Assembly (NCBI GenBank): GCA_902384455.1
Contig: CABMCB010000013.1
Span: 1 to 15,474, forward strand
DNA length: 15,474 nt
Source of the DNA: an uncultured archaeon
GTDB taxonomy: Archaea > Altiarchaeota > Altiarchaeia > IMC4 > SCGC-AAA252-I15
Direction of reading: 5' to 3'
The notes beneath the pieces are model-generated. The model saw only the letters and a program-made list of their open reading frames with translations. It was not told the origin of the DNA and made no database searches. Positions within the stretch are counted from its first letter, which is position 1. Each line of letters opens with the position of its first letter. Below, one piece after another: positions 7,226 to 14,760 of the stretch. The translations under genes were made by a program, and so were the position numbers.

Positions 7226-7240
7226 ATATTTAGTGTCTTT
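7226..7240 (+). repeat. 15-bp direct repeat, right copy; overlaps the likely TATA box of the DUF99 gene
   Basis: Exact match to 5465-5479; AATATTTA lies 34-41 nt upstream of the ATG at 7266. Confidence 0.9.
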
Positions 7241-7265
7241 GGGCTATGAGGTAAGTGGTGGGATT

Positions 7266-7859
7266 ATGGAGGAGAGGTTTCGTCGGGTTAAGGATGAGGT
7301 CAGGATTTTGGGCGTCGACGACGGCCCGCATAAGAGGACTGACAAAGACGTTCTTGTTGTTGGAGTAGTGTTTAGGGGCGGGCGTTTCATGGACGGCGTA
7401 TTGTCCATGCGGACGGCTGTTGATGGCCTTGATGCTACTGAGAATCTTGTTAAGATGGTTTCAATGTGCCATTTTAAGGACTTGAGGGTGGTGATGACTG
7501 ACGGCATAAGCCTTGGAGGATTCAATGTGATTGATTTGCCCACTTTGACTGAAGCCACAGGGTTGCCGGCGATATCCATCATGCGCGAGATGCCGGACTA
7601 CGACGCAGTCAAAAAGGCCCTTTCTTACCTTCCTGACGCAGACAAAAGATGGCGGACAATACAATCGGCCGGAAAACCGCGGCCTGTGGAAACGCAGAAG
7701 GGGAAACAGATTTACGCTCAGGCGGTAGGAATCAAGTGGGAGGATGCGGTAAGAGTCGTTAAGGTTTCTGCGACACACAGCCTTCTTCCAGAGCCCATAC
7801 GGGCGGCGCATTTGATTGCCCGCGGCGTCACTTTGGGGGAAAGCAGGGGCCGAGCTTGA
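7266..7859 (+). CDS. DUF99 / UPF0215 family protein (endonuclease V-like fold)
   Basis: RILGVDDGP, VVGVVFRG, VDGLDAT, VMTDGISLGGFNVIDL, LPEPIRAAHLIARG. The ATG at 7266 with an upstream GGTGG is preferred over the track's GTG at 7233. Confidence 0.92.
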   Translation: MEERFRRVKDEVRILGVDDGPHKRTDKDVLVVGVVFRGGRFMDGVLSMRTAVDGLDATENLVKMVSMCHFKDLRVVMTDGISLGGFNVIDLPTLTEATGLPAISIMREMPDYDAVKKALSYLPDADKRWRTIQSAGKPRPVETQKGKQIYAQAVGIKWEDAVRVVKVSATHSLLPEPIRAAHLIARGVTLGESRGRA

Positions 7860-7899
7860 TGGGGGGTGATACTTAAGAGGGGGCACGTAATTTTTTATC

Positions 7900-8472
7900 G
7901 TGGAAAAGAAGGAGTATGCCGACATAACCAAGGAGTTAGCCGTTTATCATGAGGTTAGCGACAGGTTGCACGGAGAGTCCCGAGCCCTGATTAAGCTGAC
8001 TAAAAGCGTCATTTACGCTTTGCATCGGGGGGAAACTGCGGACGCGGAAAAAAAGGATAAGGAACTTAAGGCCGCCAAAAGGAGCATTGATTTGTTGAGG
8101 AAGAAGCTTCCTTTCGGTCAGATTGGTATTTTGGGGGCGGCAGATCAGGAGTTTGTTGAGGCTCAATCTTATTTGGCTTTCATAAGGAAGGATAAGGTTC
8201 CTTCGCGCAGGGAATTGGGCGTCGATACCGAGGCGTATTTGATGGGGTTGTGCGATTTGACGGGCGAGTTGGTGCGCAAGGCAATCGACAGTTTGATTAA
8301 GGGCGACAAGAAGACTGCGATTAGGGTTAAGGAGTACATCTCCGACGTCTACGGTAACCTTGTGGGCCTTGATTTGCCTTCCGGCGAAATAAGGAAGAAG
8401 GCGGACATGGTGCGCTGGAACCTGAATAAGGTTGAGGACGCTTTGTTTGAGGCGACGATGCGCGGAAAGTAA
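7900..8472 (+). CDS. Translin/TRAX family protein (archaeal C3PO-like RNase)
   Basis: 190 aa, predicted helical. SRALIKLTKSVIYALHRG, QEFVEA, YLMGLCDLTGELVRKA and IRKKAD; the acidic catalytic-type residues (ExxE, DxxGE) are intact. Confidence 0.92.
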   Translation: MEKKEYADITKELAVYHEVSDRLHGESRALIKLTKSVIYALHRGETADAEKKDKELKAAKRSIDLLRKKLPFGQIGILGAADQEFVEAQSYLAFIRKDKVPSRRELGVDTEAYLMGLCDLTGELVRKAIDSLIKGDKKTAIRVKEYISDVYGNLVGLDLPSGEIRKKADMVRWNLNKVEDALFEATMRGK

Positions 8473-8473
8473 G

Positions 8474-8489
8474 AGACACTTTTTAAAAA
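8474..8489 (+). promoter_or_regulatory. Putative BRE/TATA for the DUF362 gene
   Basis: AGACAC-TTTTTAAAAA, with the TATA part 23-32 nt upstream of the ATG at 8512. Confidence 0.55.
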
Positions 8490-8511
8490 CTGTTCTTCGT
8501 ATTCTTTGACG

Positions 8512-9576
8512 ATGGCGAAAGTCGCGGTACTTAAGACCACTCCAGAAACCGTTGTCTCAGACTACGGCCGGCTTATGAGTATGGCCGAGTATCAGAAGGC
8601 CGTTCCCAAAGTTAATGAGACTGTCCTTAAGATTAACCTGAGTTGGAGTTTGTATTATCCCGCATGTTCGACCGAGCCGTGGCAGCTGGAGGGCGTTGTT
8701 AAGACGCTTAGGGACGACGGATACGAGAAGGTAATTCCCGTCGAAAACAAGACTGTAGTCACCGACCCCAAAAAGGGCGCAAGGCTTAACAAGTGGCTTC
8801 CGGTGCTTGAAAAGTACGGCCTAGACTTCACTGCATTGCCTGACGTGGAATGGGTCGAATACAAGCCCAAAACGGAATTGCTAGCTTTAGACAAGATTTT
8901 CCCTGAAGGCCAGCTTATCCCCAAAATGTTTTCCGGAAAAAACGTCATACACCTTCCCACAGTAAAGACGCACGGCCACACCACGATGACGGGTGCGATG
9001 AAAAACGCTTTTGGGGGGTTAATCACTGAGAAACGCCACCACTGCCATAAGATGATTCACGAGGTTTTGGTGGACTTATTGGCCATACAGAAGGAGATTC
9101 ATCCGGGAATATTCGCGGTAATGGACGGCACGGTATGCGGCAGCGGCGCAGGCCCCCGCACAATGGAGCCGGTAGAGAAAGACTACATTCTAGCGTCAGA
9201 AGACCAGGTCGCAATAGACGCTATCTCTGCCAAGATGATGGGTTTTGATCCCCTGAAAATCCCTTTCCTCAAAATCGCCCACGACCGCGGATTGGGAATA
9301 GCTGACGTAGGCCAGATTGATGTCGTAGGCGAAGACGTAAAAGACGTTAATTTCCATTTTTCCACAGGCAAAAGCGCGGTGATAGCCGGCGACCAACTGT
9401 TCAGGAAAGGCGGCCTCAGCTTCATAGAGCCCATTCTTTTCCACACGCCCCTTTTCAAATTGTGCATCTTAGGCAGCGAAACATACCACGACCGGCTATG
9501 GTACCCTGTTGTCGGCAAAAGAAAGATTTCATCTTTCAACAAGACTAAGTGGGGCAGACTATTCGAATCCTATTAG
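8512..9576 (+). CDS. DUF362 domain-containing protein
   Basis: VLKINLSW, CSTEPWQLEGV, IHLPTVKTHGHTTMTGAMKNAFGG, AVMDGTVCGSGAGP, ILASEDQVAIDA. ATG at 8512; no C-terminal ferredoxin CxxCxxC motif. Confidence 0.88.
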   Translation: MAKVAVLKTTPETVVSDYGRLMSMAEYQKAVPKVNETVLKINLSWSLYYPACSTEPWQLEGVVKTLRDDGYEKVIPVENKTVVTDPKKGARLNKWLPVLEKYGLDFTALPDVEWVEYKPKTELLALDKIFPEGQLIPKMFSGKNVIHLPTVKTHGHTTMTGAMKNAFGGLITEKRHHCHKMIHEVLVDLLAIQKEIHPGIFAVMDGTVCGSGAGPRTMEPVEKDYILASEDQVAIDAISAKMMGFDPLKIPFLKIAHDRGLGIADVGQIDVVGEDVKDVNFHFSTGKSAVIAGDQLFRKGGLSFIEPILFHTPLFKLCILGSETYHDRLWYPVVGKRKISSFNKTKWGRLFESY

Positions 9577-10484
9577 TAGAGATGAGCCAACAGTATATAG
9601 GCTGACGCAGCCCACGCTACGAGCGCCGTAACCATCGGCTTGTCGGTGAAAACTAGTTCTGTCTTGCGGGCTATGGGACTGCCCGAGAACACGAATGTCA
9701 GGTACCTTAGGACCATGAAAGAGACGAACGGCAACGTCGCCATCATGTAGGGGTAAGGCTTGTTGTGCTCCATGAACGTGTATAATGCGTATGTGAAAAG
9801 GATGACTCCCGCCAGCAGAGTCACGTACGACTGGAGAAGAGGGTGCGTGTAGACGCTGTAGACTTTCCTTTTGGCGGATGACAAATGCGCCAAAACGTTT
9901 TTGTCGTGGCTTTTTTCCTCAAGAAACCTCAAGTCGGACTCCCTCTTTCCAGCCGCCAAAAACAATGCTACAAAAAATATGCTGAACACAAGCCACGGCG
10001 AAACTGCGACATCGATTAGTATGGCGCCGGACACCGCGCGAAGAAGGAAATTGAACGCTATTACGTGGATGTCCAAAACCGCGACATTCCTTATGCCAAG
10101 AGTATAAACGACTCCTGAAACAAGAAGAAGCGCCACAAACACAAAAAACAATCCGGACAACCAGCCGGCCAAAAGAAGCCCGCTTAAAGCGCACAGTAAA
10201 GACGCGGCCCAAGCCGTCCGCATGCTAATCTGCCCGGAAGTCAGGGGCCGATTCTTTTTTTCTGGGTGAAGCCGGTCCTCAGGCAAATCCCAAATATCGT
10301 TGAGGATGTAGTAGGCTGAACTCACAAGGCATAACGCGAAAAATCCCCACGCAGTCGTAATTAGAAGAGGTGGATTGAACAGGTTTTTAGTGAACAAAAG
10401 AGCCAGGAATATGACGAAATTCTTGTACCATTGCTGGACGCGCAGGAAACGCAGGATTAAAGAAGCCGAATCACCTAAAACCAT
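9573..10484 (-). CDS. UbiA-family prenyltransferase, decaprenyl-phosphate phosphoribosyltransferase-like subgroup
   Basis: 303 aa, multi-TM. LRVQQWYKN, YILNDIWDLPEDRLHPEKKNRPLTSG, LDIHVIAFNFLLRAVSGA and LFLAAGKRESDL. The 3' end overlaps DUF362 by 4 nt. Confidence 0.88.
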   Translation of the reverse strand: MVLGDSASLILRFLRVQQWYKNFVIFLALLFTKNLFNPPLLITTAWGFFALCLVSSAYYILNDIWDLPEDRLHPEKKNRPLTSGQISMRTAWAASLLCALSGLLLAGWLSGLFFVFVALLLVSGVVYTLGIRNVAVLDIHVIAFNFLLRAVSGAILIDVAVSPWLVFSIFFVALFLAAGKRESDLRFLEEKSHDKNVLAHLSSAKRKVYSVYTHPLLQSYVTLLAGVILFTYALYTFMEHNKPYPYMMATLPFVSFMVLRYLTFVFSGSPIARKTELVFTDKPMVTALVAWAASAYILLAHLY

Positions 10485-10516
10485 GAGATTAATTTAAAAA
10501 GGGTAAATAATAAACG
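10485..10516. promoter_or_regulatory. 32-bp divergent promoter with two crossing TATA-like elements
   Basis: TTAATTTAAAAA (10489-10500) is positioned for the + gene; minus-strand TTTATTATTTA (10514-10504) is positioned for the UbiA gene. Confidence 0.5.
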
Positions 10517-10894
10517 ATGGGGAAAGACGACTCGCTCATGGACCAACTGGTGTCATACATCCAAGAACACCAAGGTTCGGCCTTGTTAAGTGAAACTACC
10601 GCCGCTTTGAACGCGGACGATGAGACCGTCATGGGCCTCATCCGCATTCTTCAGGAGCATCAGATTATCCGCGTAGTTCCTCAGGATGACGGAAAGACCA
10701 AGATTGAGATGCTGAAGAACCCTAATGAGCTGGCTGAAAAACCTTCCGGCTCGGAGGAGGACCAGAAGGAGACCGCTCTTCCCTCCAGAAGCTCTTTTGC
10801 GCCTTCCGAATCTTCGGAAGAAGACCGCAGGGTATCTGATTTGCTGCGCCGGCTTAGGAACCGGACATTCGACAAGAAAACTAAGAAGGGTTAA
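10517..10894 (+). CDS. Hypothetical protein: N-terminal winged-helix-like domain, acidic/Ser linker, basic C-terminal helix
   Basis: 125 aa. MDQLVSYIQEHQGSALLSETTAALNADDETVMGLIRILQEHQIIRVV fits a wHTH pattern; the ORF fills the gap between its neighbours. Confidence 0.7.
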   Translation: MGKDDSLMDQLVSYIQEHQGSALLSETTAALNADDETVMGLIRILQEHQIIRVVPQDDGKTKIEMLKNPNELAEKPSGSEEDQKETALPSRSSFAPSESSEEDRRVSDLLRRLRNRTFDKKTKKG

Positions 10895-10897
10895 ATT

Positions 10898-11161
10898 TTA
10901 TTCTGGAGAATCCGCCTCGGACGAAGTTGCGGCGGCGCCCTCAGCCACCTGCTGAATCTTTTCTATCAGACTTTTGACTATTTCCTCGTTTACCGGAAAA
11001 CCAATCCCCCTATTGTAACGGCGCTCACCGTCCGGCCGGTAATAGCCCTTAGAGATGTTCAAAAACTCATTTTCATCGGGCATTGCCTTCTTCCGGGATA
11101 CTTCAATAAACTTGTTTCGGCCGTACTCTATGTACTCGCATTTCAGTGTCTCGTATTCCAT
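10898..11161 (-). CDS. Small conserved archaeal protein, PC4/PUR-like ssDNA-binding fold (putative)
   Basis: 87 aa from the ATG at 11161, with GGTGG upstream. Beta-rich FIEVSRKK...EFLNISKGYYRPDGERRYNRGIGFP followed by a C-terminal helix, the layout of PC4-type proteins. Confidence 0.65.
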   Translation of the reverse strand: MEYETLKCEYIEYGRNKFIEVSRKKAMPDENEFLNISKGYYRPDGERRYNRGIGFPVNEEIVKSLIEKIQQVAEGAAATSSEADSPE

Positions 11162-11222
11162 ATGGACCACCAGACCGGTCTTTAAGAAGTGTTAATTAAG
11201 CGTTGTATTTAATAAATACGTG

Positions 11223-11678
11223 ATGGTCGGACGCATACGCCGAGGTCAGGCTTCGCTCGAGTACATGGTGATGCTGTCTTTGTCGCTGGCCATATTTGCG
11301 GCTATCCTGTACGTCACAGGCAATCTTATCACCAGCAGCAGTTCTCACATAGGTTTAGACGCTTCTTACCGCGCAGTGCAGCGTATTGGGGAGGCTGCTG
11401 ACTTCATTTATGTTCATGGTCATCCGAGTAAGACACGGATTAATGTTTATGTGCCGCCTAACATTGAGAATGTTAGTGTTGTCGGTTTCCGCTATGTGAA
11501 TATGCGGATTGCCGTTGGAGATAGTTACACAGATGTCTACGTAGTGCCCCGCACTAATATTACCGGCTTGGAGGGTTTGTGTGACCCTGTTTGCCGTGAG
11601 GGTTATTACGTTTTGAGCGTGGAGTCCACGCCTATGCAGTCGCCCACAAACGGCATCGTTAATATTACGAAGCAGTAG
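11223..11678 (+). CDS. Type IV pilin-like protein with class III signal peptide
   Basis: RRG|QASLEYMVMLSLSLAIFAAILY; pattern IGEAADFIYVHG...VYVPPNI; three N-x-S/T sequons. ATG at 11223 (GTG at 11220 possible). Confidence 0.85.
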   Translation: MVGRIRRGQASLEYMVMLSLSLAIFAAILYVTGNLITSSSSHIGLDASYRAVQRIGEAADFIYVHGHPSKTRINVYVPPNIENVSVVGFRYVNMRIAVGDSYTDVYVVPRTNITGLEGLCDPVCREGYYVLSVESTPMQSPTNGIVNITKQ

Positions 11679-11680
11679 CT

Positions 11681-12592
11681 ATGGCCCGTACTGGTCAAGC
11701 GAGCGTGGAGTTCGCTGTTGTGATCGCGGCGGTTTTCACTATTTTCATTATTTCCGGTTACGTCATTTATCAGAAGCAGGTTCGTTCGTCCGACGTGAAA
11801 CTTCAGATTGAGGGTGACCGCATCCTTAAGATTGTGGCTGAAGCGGTGAATGAAGTCAATATTGTGGGTGACGGTTACCATCAGACTTTGACTTTGCCTG
11901 CGCAGCTTTATGGGGACCAGCCGTATGAAGTGTTTTTTGTGAGTGATGAGCCCACCGTTTTTATGCGCGGCGGAAGCTTCGTTGGCGGGACGACGCATTA
12001 CTGGAGCGCGCCTCTTTCTTCGCCGCTCATTTATTGCCCGCGCTACGACTGCGCGTCCAGATGCAACCAGACCCTCTCTGAGACGTGCCTGCCGATAACC
12101 TCTGAGACCAATGTTAGGGTAGTCAACGAGCACGGGAAAATCTACGTGACAGACCCGTATTCCCTCACCCAAGAAGACGAAAAACGCTGGGTCACACCCC
12201 TCACGGGGATAGGCAATCCCTACCAAGGAGCGCCCTGCAAGCAGGGAGGAACAGTGTTTCTTTACCGCGACGTATCAAACCAAAGCCTCTACTTAGTCTT
12301 CAAACTCAACGGCACAGGAGAAGTCAAATTCGACCTGAACGAAACATGGGGAGGCCCAGTCGTCGAATTGTCTGACGACCCCGGAGAACTTTCCTTTGGA
12401 CGCAAACCTGAGGGGCACTGGGGTCTGGCTGAGGGAGGCTGCGACGGAGGAGTCATATCTTACTCCGCCGGCTTCATGCACACTTGCATAATACCTGAAA
12501 TGCCGATTTCCATGAACCTAACTTTCCTAGACAGAGAAGGCACGCGCATACACCTGCAGAACAACGAAAAATTCTGCATAACCTACCCTTGA
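11681..12592 (+). CDS. Type IV pilin-like protein (minor pilin) with class III signal peptide and extra C-terminal beta domain
   Basis: RTG|QASVEFAVVIAAVFTIFIISGY; VAEAVNEVNIVGDGYHQTLTLP; 8 Cys; starts 2 nt after the preceding gene. Confidence 0.85.
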   Translation: MARTGQASVEFAVVIAAVFTIFIISGYVIYQKQVRSSDVKLQIEGDRILKIVAEAVNEVNIVGDGYHQTLTLPAQLYGDQPYEVFFVSDEPTVFMRGGSFVGGTTHYWSAPLSSPLIYCPRYDCASRCNQTLSETCLPITSETNVRVVNEHGKIYVTDPYSLTQEDEKRWVTPLTGIGNPYQGAPCKQGGTVFLYRDVSNQSLYLVFKLNGTGEVKFDLNETWGGPVVELSDDPGELSFGRKPEGHWGLAEGGCDGGVISYSAGFMHTCIIPEMPISMNLTFLDREGTRIHLQNNEKFCITYP

Positions 12593-12594
12593 AA

Positions 12595-13695
12595 ATGAAA
12601 AACCGAGGCCAGCTTTTCACATGGGACCTGGTGTTCGCCACATTCATATTTCTTGTCTCTCTCCTTCTTTCGATTTACCTGTGGGAGTCTACAACAAACG
12701 ACATAGTCAACGCGGAAAGGACGTACGACATGGAGTGGCTTTCAACATGGAGCAGCGAAGAACTCGTCCGCATACCAGGATACCCCTACAACTGGACCAC
12801 CGCAGACGTCGTGGTCTACGGACTCACCCATGTGGCTCGCGTGCTTACTCCGTATGGTAGTGAGCAGAAGGTGGTTTATACTACTCCGGTGGATAGGGTT
12901 CTTGATTCGGATAAGATGATGTTTTTCGTTCAGTCTGTTAATTCGGATTATGAGTCTGCGCGGAGGAGGTTTTTGGGTGAGGCGCAGTACAATTTCTATG
13001 TGAGTTTTTTCTGTGTTAATGAGTCTAGGATGGATTGTTTTGATGGGTTGCCGCTTAGGTTTGTTAGGGATAACGTAACTTGCGGCAACAATTATACTTT
13101 TACTCAGCGGGATGGAATGTTGGATAGCCGGATTTGGCTTGAGGCTGAGCAGTGGTGGGGTAATCCTAACGATGAGAAGTGCGGAAACTGTTCGGCTGGC
13201 AACATGAGTCTTAATCCGTCGTCTGCGGTCGTGAGCCTGAACGCAATTCCGCGTTTGTACTCTGTGTGGGTGCGGGATTATGATGATCCTGCGGACCGTT
13301 CCTTCCAGATTAAGGTGGGGCCGGATTATTCCAGGGTTTTGGGGGTTCACGGCAGCAACGAGATTAGGTGGGAGTATGTAGGCGACTATTATCTTGATGG
13401 GTCGTCGCAGGTTTCATTCAACTTCACTAATTCCGCAACGCTGGTAGATGCGGTGCTTATCACAAGCGACGTGGAGTATAATCCTGCTTCTAGGAATCCG
13501 CCGTACGGCAATCCTTTTATGCCGTCTGACCCTCGTTGCGTTGTTGGCCAGGTTCCTGCGTCGGGGTATGATTTGCTTGTTTCGGACACTAAGACCGCCA
13601 CTTTCTGGCATGGCTCTTATTATCCGGGCACCCCAGGCAGTCCGTCGTATTTCTCCAATTATACTGTGCGCGTTCAGGTTGTGGCTTGGGTTTAA
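12595..13695 (+). CDS. Type IV pilin-like protein (G|QxFxxD type) with inserted carbohydrate-binding-module-like domain
   Basis: KNRG|QLFTWDLVFATFIFLVSLLLSIYLW; LVRIPGYPYNW; internal WLEAE...YSVWVR...WEYVG...VDAVLITSD; C-terminal strand VRVQVVAWV. ATG at 12595. Confidence 0.82.
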   Translation: MKNRGQLFTWDLVFATFIFLVSLLLSIYLWESTTNDIVNAERTYDMEWLSTWSSEELVRIPGYPYNWTTADVVVYGLTHVARVLTPYGSEQKVVYTTPVDRVLDSDKMMFFVQSVNSDYESARRRFLGEAQYNFYVSFFCVNESRMDCFDGLPLRFVRDNVTCGNNYTFTQRDGMLDSRIWLEAEQWWGNPNDEKCGNCSAGNMSLNPSSAVVSLNAIPRLYSVWVRDYDDPADRSFQIKVGPDYSRVLGVHGSNEIRWEYVGDYYLDGSSQVSFNFTNSATLVDAVLITSDVEYNPASRNPPYGNPFMPSDPRCVVGQVPASGYDLLVSDTKTATFWHGSYYPGTPGSPSYFSNYTVRVQVVAWV

Positions 13696-14756
13696 GGCGA
13701 GTCTTCTGGGCCGACTATTTTAGGAGCTATTAGGGCGTATATTAGAAGCAGCCATCCGGCCCATAGCCAGATGTGGCTTTTTTCTGTGGGGTAGGAGTCG
13801 ACGAGTATTTTGCCGCCTAAGTCTTCCACTATCCAGGTTATGTTGTTTGTTCCGTAGTGGATGTAGGGCGTCATGTTTATGGTTATGCCGCCGCAGTCTT
13901 GGCAGGACTTGTAGCATCCCGTGTTTTGGTATGTTTTTATCCCGTTTGCGTAGACTGCCCATAGGCAGTCGTCGGAGGGGAATTTTATTTGGAGGGACGG
14001 GTCTACGGATAAAAGAAGCAACGTGGATTCTGCCATGTAGAAGTGGGATGTCGATGGCCGCATCATGGGTAGGCTTATTTTTTCTTTTGGCGTCGTGATT
14101 ATGAAGTTGGGTTCTTTTGACGCTGGTACTTCGGATCGTAATGCTTCTTTTACTGAGGCGTTTAGTATGTTGAAGTAGACTTTTCCGCCGTTGTCTCTGA
14201 TTAAAATGGTCATATGGATTGTTTTGTTGGGTTCTGTTTTCAGTGCGAGTCCTTTGCAGTGGGCGCATTTGTTGCATGTGTCGTTGTGGAATACGGTGGC
14301 GTTGTCGATGTTGACTTTTTGGACGCAGTCGTCGGCGTATAGGGTTATTGTTCCGTCGGGCCCTGTTGTTGCGGTTAGGTTTATTAGGTAGAACTTTGGG
14401 TCGTATGTCTCGTTTGAGTAGGGTAGGTTTATTTTCGCGTATTTGGCTGAGGATAAGTCAAGCAGGGATTCTACAGGAATTTCCTGCCCCTGGATGCTTA
14501 GCCAATGGGGGGAGAGCACGTAGTCGGTGATTAAGTAGGCGCCTGAGACCGCGAGGATGATGCTCAACAGTAGATATAGTTTATTGACTGAGAGTATACG
14601 CCGCAGGTAAGTCTTTTTTGCTGCGGGGTTCGTCTTTTCTACGCCTGTAGCGGGCGCGTTTTTTCCGCCGTGACCGCCTGCGTGCACCTGCTTGACCGTC
14701 GGTTCTTTATCGGTTTTTTTTGCGGCGTTTTGACTTTCTTTTAGCGTATTTCGCAT
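13692..14756 (-). CDS. Membrane protein with two TM anchors enclosing two repeated extracellular beta-sandwich domains (DDC...CxxC motif)
   Basis: 354 aa, TM at about aa 60-80 and 329-347. Internal duplication: KINLPY..FY..ADDC..CNKCAHCKG..RDNGGK versus KISLPM..FY..SDDC..CYKSCQDCGG..EDLGGK. Confidence 0.8.
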   Translation of the reverse strand: MRNTLKESQNAAKKTDKEPTVKQVHAGGHGGKNAPATGVEKTNPAAKKTYLRRILSVNKLYLLLSIILAVSGAYLITDYVLSPHWLSIQGQEIPVESLLDLSSAKYAKINLPYSNETYDPKFYLINLTATTGPDGTITLYADDCVQKVNIDNATVFHNDTCNKCAHCKGLALKTEPNKTIHMTILIRDNGGKVYFNILNASVKEALRSEVPASKEPNFIITTPKEKISLPMMRPSTSHFYMAESTLLLLSVDPSLQIKFPSDDCLWAVYANGIKTYQNTGCYKSCQDCGGITINMTPYIHYGTNNITWIVEDLGGKILVDSYPTEKSHIWLWAGWLLLIYALIAPKIVGPEDSP

Positions 14757-14760
14757 TTTA

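Noticed and set aside
5465-7240. IS element or transposon call for the repeat-flanked segment
   Set aside because: No transposase or integrase and no terminal inverted repeats were seen; kept only as a direct-repeat finding.
14250-14280. CNKCAHC as a heme c or ferredoxin motif
   Set aside because: It is not CxxCH, lacks the CxxCxxCxxxCP pattern and is predicted extracellular.
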